A DNA stretch of 32,000 bases, taken from positions 1,020,001 to 1,052,000 of the forward strand of contig NC_017080.1 of the NCBI RefSeq assembly GCF_000284115.1, read 5' to 3'. The translations under genes and the position numbers were made by a program. Each line of letters starts with the position of its first letter. The stretch's first letter is position 1. The DNA comes from Phycisphaera mikurensis NBRC 102666 (GTDB lineage Bacteria; Planctomycetota; Phycisphaerae; Phycisphaerales; Phycisphaeraceae). Below are positions 1 to 6,900 of this stretch, piece by piece. The notes under the pieces were generated by a model, which searched no databases, was not told the origin of the DNA, and saw only the letters and a list, made by a program, of their open reading frames with translations.

Positions 1-472
1 GGCCGGCGAGGAGCAGGTCGGTCGTGTCTGCGGCGGGCGGCTCTCGCTTCGCGCGTTCCACCACCCGCCGGGCCACGGCGTCGGCGAAGGCGAGGTCGTC
101 CCAATCGAGCACCTCCGGCGGGAGCGCGGCGTCGGGCACGCGCCGCCCGCGGCGCGTCGCCTCGAAGTGCAGGTACGTCACGCCCAGGCGATCGTCGGGG
201 TCCTGCTCGGCTTCGTAGCGCCGGCCCGGCCGCATCCACACGCAAACGCCGGGCCGCAGGTCGATCACGCCGTCGGTGAGCGTCATCCGGCCGCGCCCGG
301 CCCAAACCAGCCACAGGTCGAAGTCGCGGAGGTCGCGCCACCAGCACGCGTCCAGGCGCCAGCCCGGCTCGCAGCGGACGCGGCCGCACACGCCCAGCGT
401 CACGCGCGTGCCCCGGTCGGTCCAGCCGCACGCACCACTCCGGGGTCCTTTCTCCACAACGGAAACATACAT
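1..472 (-). CDS. AraC-family transcriptional regulator, N-terminal sensor part (partial; 3-prime end lies outside the window)
   Basis: Absent from the ORF track because it runs off the window edge. My translation of the minus strand from ATG (complement of 470-472) reads MYVSVVEKGPRSGACGWTDRGTRVTLGVCGRVRCEPGWRLDACWWRDLRDFDLWLVWAGRGRMTLTDGVIDLRPGVCVWMRPGRRYEAEQDPDDRLGVTYLHFE... and stays open to position 1. It resembles the cupin-like ligand domain of AraC/XylS regulators. It is divergent to a PhyH gene, like the second pair at 19242-21101. Confidence 0.55.
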   Translation of the reverse strand, partial: MYVSVVEKGPRSGACGWTDRGTRVTLGVCGRVRCEPGWRLDACWWRDLRDFDLWLVWAGRGRMTLTDGVIDLRPGVCVWMRPGRRYEAEQDPDDRLGVTYLHFEATRRGRRVPDAALPPEVLDWDDLAFADAVARRVVERAKREPPAADTTDLLLAG

Positions 473-518
473 GTTTCTGCCCGCCGCGTCCATGGCGTCG
501 CGGCCCGGCTCGACGATC

Positions 519-1430
519 ATGGAGGCCACTCCAGAGCAAGTGGGACCCATCGCCATGACCAACACCGACACCGACACCGAAACCGAAAAACCGTTCGCCC
601 CGCCCGTCGAAAACCCCGTCGAGGATCCGCCCGAGGGCCTGTACGAGCCCGCGGGCCGGGTGGACCTCCTGCCCGGGCCCGACGCTGTGAACGACGAGGC
701 GGCCGTCTTCTTCGCCGAACGCGGGTACCTCGCCGTCGCCGGCGTGCTCACCCCCGCGGAGGTCGCCGCCTCGCTCGCCTCCCTGGAGGACCTGGTCGAG
801 GGGCGGATCGAGGGATTCAACGGCGTGCAGAACGAAGCCCAAGCCGGAGACGACCCGGAAACGCCCGCCATCGACCGCGTGCGGAAGCTGTGGTTCACCG
901 GCGACGAGTGCCAACGCTGCGGCATGCCGGTGGACCACCCGCTCGTGAAGCGGATCGTCGCCAAGCTGATGCCAGGCCGTGAGCCGGCGATCTTCCAGAC
1001 GATGGCGCTGCTCAAACCGCCCGGCCGGGGCCGCGAGAAGCCCTGGCACCAGGACCACGCCTACTTCAAGGTCCGCCTGGAGGACCGGATCGTCGGCGTG
1101 TGGATCGCGCTCGACCACGCGTTGGTCGAGAACGGCTGCATGCAGCTCATCGACGGCGGCCACCTCGGCGGCCCGCTCGTCCACTTCAGCCGGCGGGACT
1201 GGCAGCTGTGCGACGCCGACGTGATGAAGCAGGCCTCGTTGGCCGCGGTGCTCGCGCCCGGCGACGCGCTCTTCTTCGACAGCCTGCTGCCCCACGGCAC
1301 CCCGCCCAACCGCAGCGGCCGCCGCCGCCGGGCGATGCAGTTCCACTACGCCCCCGCCGACACGGTGAAGATCGCGATGGAGGAGCACGACGGGATCTTC
1401 GGCTCCGCCGGGAAGAGCGTGTACTGCTGA
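519..1430 (+). CDS. Phytanoyl-CoA dioxygenase (PhyH) family Fe(II)/2-oxoglutarate oxygenase
   Basis: C-terminal part of track ORF 276..1430. It has the HxD motif WHQDHAYF, a distal His/Arg region LLPHGTPPNRSGRRRRAMQFHY and a PhyH-like N-terminus FFAERGYLAVAGVLTPAEV. The start is uncertain, with in-frame ATGs at 471, 492, 519 and 555. The upstream ORF part is low-complexity and overlaps the divergent regulator. Confidence 0.85.
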   Translation: MEATPEQVGPIAMTNTDTDTETEKPFAPPVENPVEDPPEGLYEPAGRVDLLPGPDAVNDEAAVFFAERGYLAVAGVLTPAEVAASLASLEDLVEGRIEGFNGVQNEAQAGDDPETPAIDRVRKLWFTGDECQRCGMPVDHPLVKRIVAKLMPGREPAIFQTMALLKPPGRGREKPWHQDHAYFKVRLEDRIVGVWIALDHALVENGCMQLIDGGHLGGPLVHFSRRDWQLCDADVMKQASLAAVLAPGDALFFDSLLPHGTPPNRSGRRRRAMQFHYAPADTVKIAMEEHDGIFGSAGKSVYC

Positions 1431-1478
1431 GCCCGACTCCCGACGCGAGGTTCCGGTAATGTGAAGCTCTGCTTCCGC

Positions 1479-3032
1479 ATGCCGACAGATCCACCCGCCG
1501 AACGCCCGCCCGAACCCTCCCGGCCGCTCCGCGTCGGGATCCTGGGCCTGTTCCACGAGTCCAACACCTTCGCGACGCACCCGGCGACGCTGGCCGCGTT
1601 CCGCGGGTACGAGTGGTTCGAGGGCGACGCGTTGCGGGCGGCGATGGTGGACAACCACGACGAGGTCGGCGGCATGCTCGGCGGGCTCGACGAAGCCGAG
1701 GGCGTGGAGGCGGTGCCGCTGCTCTGGGCCGCGGCGCTGCCGGCGGGGGAGATCGAGCCCGAGGCGGAGGCGGCGCTCTGGGCCGCGGCCGAGCGGCAGC
1801 TCGACGCGGCGGGAGCGCTGGACGCGGTGCTGGCGGTGCCGCACGGGGCGGCGGTGGGGCGGACGCACCGCGACTTCGACGGCTGGTGGCTGACGCGGCT
1901 CCGCGAGAAGCTCGGGCGCGGTGTTCCGATCGTCGCGACGCTGGACCCGCACGCGAACGTGTCGGCTGCGATGGTCGAGGCCGCCGATGCGCTGCTGGCG
2001 TACCGGACCAACCCGCACGTCGACCAGCGCGCGATCGGCGGCCGGGCGGCACGCCTGATCCTGCGGACGCTGCGCGGGGAGGTGCGGCCGGCCACGGCTT
2101 GGGTTCCGCTTCCGCTGCTGCTGGACATCGAGCGTCAGCTCACCGACGAGCCCCCGTGCCGAGACTGGCTCGCCGAGGGTGACCGGCTCGGCGGAGGCAC
2201 CGGCGTGCTGGAGACCTCGCTGATCCTCGGCTACCCCTTTGCCGACGTGCCGGAGCTGGGCGCGGGCGTGCTGGTGGTGACCGACGCGGACCAGCGGGAC
2301 CCCGATCCCATCGCCGCGGGCTGGGCGCGGCGGATCTGGGCGGATCGCGAGCAGGCCCGGCCGCGGCTGCTCCCGGTGGAGGAGGCCGCGGCCGCGGCGG
2401 CTTCGGCCACCGGCACCTCCGGCCTGCTGGACATGGGCGACAACGTGGGCGGCGGGTCTTACGGCGACCAGACGGCGCTCGCGCACGCGCTGCTCGCCGC
2501 CGGCGCCACGCCGCTGTTCGTGAGCCTCAGAGATCCGGAAGCCCAGGCCGCCGCCCGCGCCGCGGGCGTCGGCGGGCGGGTGGACCTGCTCGCCGGCGGC
2601 CGGCACGAGCCGGCGCTCTGCGGCCCGCCGCTGCGGGTCTCCGGCGAGGTGGTGAAGCTGACCGACGGGGCCTGGACCGACCCCCAGCCGCTGCACGGCG
2701 GCCGCGTGAGGTACGCCGAGGGCCCGCTCGCCCACGTCCGCCTCGACGACGGCTCGGTGGTGCAGCTGGGCGGCGTGGCGATCTTCCCCGCCAGCCTCGG
2801 CCAGATCACGCACGCCGGCCTCGACCCCGCCGGCTTCCGCGCGATCGTCATCAAGGGCGTCCACGCCCCGGTCGCCGCCTACCGCGACGCCGTCACCCGC
2901 CTCGTCCGCGTCGACAGCCCCGGGCCGACCTCGGCCAACGCGCTGACGAGGGAGTACCGGCACCGGCCCCGGCCGATGTTCCCTTTCGAGGAAGACGCCG
3001 CGTTCCCGGTCGCCGCGGCGGCGGCGGGCTGA
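1479..3032 (+). CDS. MlrC-like M81 family metallopeptidase (microcystinase C-like)
   Basis: Track ORF 1461..3032 (GTG at 1461; first ATG at 1479). The N-terminal signature RVGILGLFHESNTF, then ATLDPHANVS and AYRTNPHVD, are typical of the MlrC N- and C-terminal domains. Confidence 0.85.
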   Translation: MPTDPPAERPPEPSRPLRVGILGLFHESNTFATHPATLAAFRGYEWFEGDALRAAMVDNHDEVGGMLGGLDEAEGVEAVPLLWAAALPAGEIEPEAEAALWAAAERQLDAAGALDAVLAVPHGAAVGRTHRDFDGWWLTRLREKLGRGVPIVATLDPHANVSAAMVEAADALLAYRTNPHVDQRAIGGRAARLILRTLRGEVRPATAWVPLPLLLDIERQLTDEPPCRDWLAEGDRLGGGTGVLETSLILGYPFADVPELGAGVLVVTDADQRDPDPIAAGWARRIWADREQARPRLLPVEEAAAAAASATGTSGLLDMGDNVGGGSYGDQTALAHALLAAGATPLFVSLRDPEAQAAARAAGVGGRVDLLAGGRHEPALCGPPLRVSGEVVKLTDGAWTDPQPLHGGRVRYAEGPLAHVRLDDGSVVQLGGVAIFPASLGQITHAGLDPAGFRAIVIKGVHAPVAAYRDAVTRLVRVDSPGPTSANALTREYRHRPRPMFPFEEDAAFPVAAAAAG

Positions 3033-3108
3033 TTCGATGCCGACACCTTCAGGTGATGAAAGCGCGACCCGGGACGACTCACTTTCTGAAGGCCTCCACC
3101 TTTGCCCG

Positions 3109-3214
3109 GGTGCCACGCCGCTTGCGGGGTGGTGGTCGCCGGAGGCGACGCCAGCGGAGACGAAGGTCGGCCGCGTGTCCTGCGGACACCCCACCCCGCA
3201 GGCGGCGTGGCACC
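3109..3214. repeat. REPIN-like element A1 (106 nt; two inverted 24-nt arms and a 58-nt spacer)
   Basis: Left arm GGTGCCACGCCGCTTGCGGGGTGG (3109-3132). Right arm CCACCCCGCAGGCGGCGTGGCACC (3191-3214) pairs at 23 of 24 positions. The spacer holds sub-hairpins GTCGCC-gga-GGCGAC and GTGTCC-tgc-GGACAC. An outer inverted repeat GGCCTCCACCTT (3091-3102) / AAGGTTGAGGCC (3256-3267) brackets it. Confidence 0.9.
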
Positions 3215-3310
3215 GACCGGACGGAGGATCCGGATCGTCCTCGAAAGAGGTGCAGAAGGTTGAGGCCTCAACGCGGTGGCCACGGGGGGCAGGGATGCCG
3301 AATGCAGGAA

Positions 3311-3358
3311 TCCGCGGACCGTCGCACCCAACCCTCCAAAACGCCGACCGTCCGCGGA
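3311..3358. terminator. Conserved-sequence hairpin (copy inside duplicated unit 1)
   Basis: TCCGCGGACCGTCG (3311-3324) pairs with CGACCGTCCGCGGA (3345-3358), a 14-bp stem with one mismatch and a 20-nt loop. Confidence 0.45.
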
Positions 3359-3379
3359 ACACGATCCCGCCGATCCGGA

Positions 3380-3472
3380 TCAACGCCGCGCCGGGCGCAC
3401 GATCAGCAGCCTCACGAACTCCTTCGGCGTGAAGACGGTGAGGCCGCCGTCGGCGTCGCGGTCGATGACCTT
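3380..3472 (-). pseudogene. Orphan 3-prime stub homologous to the end of the 3966..8072 gene
   Basis: The minus strand encodes KVIDRDADGGLTVFTPKEFVRLLIVRPARR-stop. The real gene end reads KVLDRNADGGLTVFTPKEFVRLLIVRPARR-stop. Homology stops exactly where REPIN A2 begins (3473). Confidence 0.6.
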
Positions 3473-3578
3473 GGTGCCACGCCGCTTGCGGGGTGGTGGT
3501 CGCCGGAGGCGACGCCAGCGGAGACGAAGGTCGGCCGCGTGTCCTGCGGACACCCCACCCCGCAAGCGGCGTGGCACC
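3473..3578. repeat. REPIN-like element A2 (106 nt)
   Basis: The two arms are perfectly complementary over 24/24 positions. The spacer is the same as in A1. The element sits at the junction between the two duplicated units. Confidence 0.9.
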
Positions 3579-3694
3579 GACTGAGCTCGCCGCCGCCGCC
3601 GCGGCGGCGGCGGGCTGATTCGGTGCCGACACCTTCAGGTGATGAAAGCGCGACCGGGGACGACTCACTTTCCGAAGGCCTCCACCTTTGCCCG

Positions 3695-3800
3695 GGTGCC
3701 ACGCCGCTTGCGGGGTGGTGGTCGCCGGAGGCGACGCCAGCGGAGACGAAGTGCGGCCGCGTGTCCTGCGGACACCCCACCCCGCAAGCGGCGTGGCACC
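3695..3800. repeat. REPIN-like element A3 (106 nt)
   Basis: The arms are perfectly complementary over 24/24 positions. The spacer differs from A1 only near gaagtgcggcc vs gaaggtcggcc. Confidence 0.9.
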
Positions 3801-3896
3801 GACCGGACGGAGGATCCGGATTGTCCTCGAAAGAGGTGCAGAAGGTTGAGGCCTCGAAGCGGTGGCCACGGGGGGCAGGGACGCCGAGGCCGGGAA

Positions 3897-3944
3897 TCCG
3901 CGGACCGTCGTGCCCAATCCTCGAAACCGCCGACGGTCCGCGGA
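3897..3944. terminator. Conserved-sequence hairpin, probable terminator of the 3966..8072 gene
   Basis: TCCGCGGACCGTCG (3897-3910) and CGACGGTCCGCGGA (3931-3944) form a perfect 14-bp stem with a 20-nt loop. It lies 21 nt downstream of the minus-strand stop. There is no U-tract. Confidence 0.5.
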
Positions 3945-3965
3945 ACGCGAGCCCGCCGGGCTGGA

Positions 3966-6900
3966 TCACCGCCTCGCCGGCCGCACGATGAGCAGGCGGA
4001 CGAACTCCTTCGGCGTGAAGACGGTGAGGCCGCCGTCGGCGTTGCGGTCGAGGACCTTCCGCAGGACCGGGTCGTAGACCTCGGCCTCGCCATCCACCCC
4101 CAGCCGCCCCGGGTCGAGCGACACGGTGGTGTCGAAGCTGTCGTGCGAGAAGTTCCCCACCAGCAGCAGCGCCTCGGGCGCGTCCCGCTTCATCGCGACC
4201 GAGACGAAGGCGTCGTCGGGGCGGTCGGTGGAGACGCCCACAGACGCCGCGTGGAAGAAGGGAACGAAGTCCGCGTCGCCGAAGTCCGCGAGCACCGGCG
4301 TCTGGTACGGCGCCATCCGCGTCATCATCGGCCCGGAGGTCAGCCGCTCGTCCGCGGCGGCCGCGTAGGGCGCGAAAGCCCCGTCGCGCTTGAGGTGCCC
4401 GCCGGCGCGGCCGTCCTCGTTGCCGGGGTTGTCGCCGTAGGGCATCGTCAGATACGAGCCCCAGTTCAGCAGCACGTCGCCGGTCATCAGCGTGAGGTGC
4501 CGGGCCGTCAGCTGGTAGTGCGGCGTGCCCAGCAGCATCCCGGGGTAGTGCGAGAGGTAGCGGTCGTCGGGCAGGAAGTCCCGCACCGGCTGGTCGTAGA
4601 GCCGGGTGTGGTCGAAGCCGAAGTAGAACTCCTCCTGCTCGCCGGTGACGCCCGCGGTCGCGAAGCTGCCGTAGCTCATCTCGATGCCCGGCGAGGTGTG
4701 CGGCATGAAGTCGGCGTCGTGGTCCAGGCAGAGCTTGTAGATCCGCTTGAACAGCTCGCGGTGCGCCAGCAGCGGGTAGCTGAAGCGGAGCTCGCCGTCG
4801 GGACCGATCGAGCCGGCGCCGGTGCCGAGCGACGCGTCGGGGAAGGGCAGGCCGAAGTCCAGGTGGATGAAGTCGGCGTCCATGTCGGTGAGCAGCTTCT
4901 CGATGCCCCACAGCGCGAAGTCCAGCCCCGGGCCGCTGGGCGCCAGCACGGTGTGATCGAAGGAGATGGCCAGTGGCTGGATCGACGCCTCGGCGCCGAA
5001 GTCCTTCCACGCCGGGTCGTTGATCGACATGTTCTTGAGGTAGTACGGCAGGTGCCGAACGCCCGTGGGCTCCCGCGAGGCGTGGTAGGCGGCGTAGGCC
5101 GCCTCCCGCTCCGGGCCGTCGATCTCGTACCACGGGCCGTAGAAGTCGTCCCGCGCGTGCCAGTGCACGTACACGCCGTTGACGCCGAGGCGGTGGTTCA
5201 CCTCGTGGATCTTCATCTCCGCCCGGACGTCCAGCGTGAGCTTCCCGCCGGCGAAGCGTGCCACCCGGTCGGGCACGCCGCCGGCCGACGTCTCGAGGAA
5301 GTCGTTCGGCCGGAAGCTCTCCTCCAGCGGGTCGTCGAGCAGGGCGGCGCCGCCCGCGTCGTCGATCCGCACGCGGTCGAGGACGAGCCGGCCGTCGCCG
5401 CCGAGGAGCAGCACGCCCTCGCGGAGGTCTTCCGCGGACGGCGCGACCGGCAGCGTGAGCGTCGCTTCTTCGCCGGCGCCCAGCGACGCGGCGAAGCGCG
5501 TCCCGCCGCCGGCCCGCTCCCAGCGGAGCGTCACCCGCTCGGCCTCCGCCACCGGGCCGGCGATCGCTTCCTCGCCGCCGCCGCTCCGCAGCGACAGCCG
5601 CGTCTGCCCACCGGCCTCGAGCAACCGGGCCTGCAGGCCCTCGTTCTCCGCGAGGTCCCCGAAGTCCAGCCAGAAGAGGTCGTGGTGTTCGGCGTCGAGC
5701 GTCGCCAGGTCGATGGTCAGCGACCCGCCGGCCGGGTCGAGGTTCCCGCGCAGCGGGTAGCGGAGGAAGACGCCGGGGGCGATGGACGCGGGCGGCACGC
5801 GGCCGGGCATCCACAGCGCCGGGTCCCGGGCGGGCTCCACGTCGTCGAGGTGGACGCCGTCGCGGATGCTCGAACTGCCCGCGAGCATCAGCTCGTCCCA
5901 GGGCAGCTCGAAGCGCTTGGTCGGAATCGCGATCAGCCCGAAGTCGTACCGGCTGCCGGCGGGCACGGTCGCGGCGTGGTCGAGCAGGTTCACGCGGAGG
6001 ACCCGCCGCCCGCCGGAGGCCTCGCCGATCACGATCTGCCGCTGCGGCTCTTCGTTGCGCCAGTCCCAGTCGTGCTCGGCGAACCACTCCAGCCCGTGGT
6101 CGAGGCCGTGCAGGCGGACCGTGGGCGCGAAGCTCATCGTTCGCTCGCCGTCGAGTTCGCCGCCGATCGGCCACTCGGCGGCGGTCATGGCGTCGATCGG
6201 CTTGAGACCGTTGTAGCCCCGCCAGAAGTGCGTCGCGGCGGCGGCGCGCATCGGCACCTCCAGCGCTAGCGAGGGCACCTCCGCGTCCCCCAGCGTCTCG
6301 ACCTCGAAGTGGAGGAAGCCGTCGAACTCCAGCGTGGAGCGGAGCCGCACCCGCAGCGGGCCGGCCGCGTAGACCTGCCGCCGCACGAGCCTCGCGTCGG
6401 TCCGCTCCAGCTCCTCGGCCCCGCCCTCGGGCGTGAGCGTCGCGTCGCCGGCCACCAGCCGCACGGGGGCGTCGAGCAGCGGCTGGTCGCCGCGGTCGAG
6501 CTCCACGACGACCTGCGTGGGCAGCAGCCCGTCGCCGAAGGTGTAGCGGCGGTTCGTCGTGGTGACGGCGTCGCCGTCGAAGCCCAGCGGCTCCCACGGC
6601 GGCAGCACGCCGTCGGACACGCCCAGCGTGTTGCCCGCCCACGCGGGCTTCTCGGGGATCGGCAGGTCCACCGTCCGCGTTCGGACCTCCTCGCCGCCCT
6701 TGAGCACCGCGACCTCTAGCTCGTGCGGCCCCGGCGTCAGGTCCGAGACGTCGAGCGTCACCGGCTCGTCCGCGAGGGAGCCCTCCCCTGACGCCACCGC
6801 CGCTCTGCCGTCCGCGGGCTTGAGCTCGACCCGCACGGCGTCCGCGCCGCGCAGCTCCTCGGGCAGGCCGGCGCGAGGCACGCCCACGCGGACGGTGCCG

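Larger units (their letters stand above)
3012..3472. repeat. Tandem duplication, copy 1 (about 461 bp, roughly 90 percent identical by eye to 3598-4058)
   Basis: Landmarks all recur at an offset of exactly 586 nt: ctgattcg at 3029 vs 3615, REPIN start at 3109 vs 3695, hairpin at 3311 vs 3897, and tca stop complement at 3380 vs 3966. Confidence 0.9.
3598..4058. repeat. Tandem duplication, copy 2 (includes the genuine 3-prime end of the 3966..8072 gene)
   Basis: See copy 1. It also duplicates about 20 nt of the MlrC gene end (gccgcggcggcggcgggctga). Confidence 0.9.

Noticed and set aside
3091-3267. Possibility that the mobile unit is a 177-nt element bounded by the outer inverted repeat GGCCTCCACCTT / AAGGTTGAGGCC
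   Set aside because: The outer repeat accompanies only A1 and its duplicate A3. A2 and A4 lack it. The 106-nt core is therefore the recurrent unit, and the outer pairing is probably local context.
3053-3991. 312-aa ORF and several 60-140-aa ORFs across 3037-4093 with repeated peptide GATPLAGWWSPEATPAETK
   Set aside because: The internal protein repeat is only the translation of the tandemly duplicated non-coding unit and its REPIN hairpins. Equivalent ORFs appear in several frames and on both strands.
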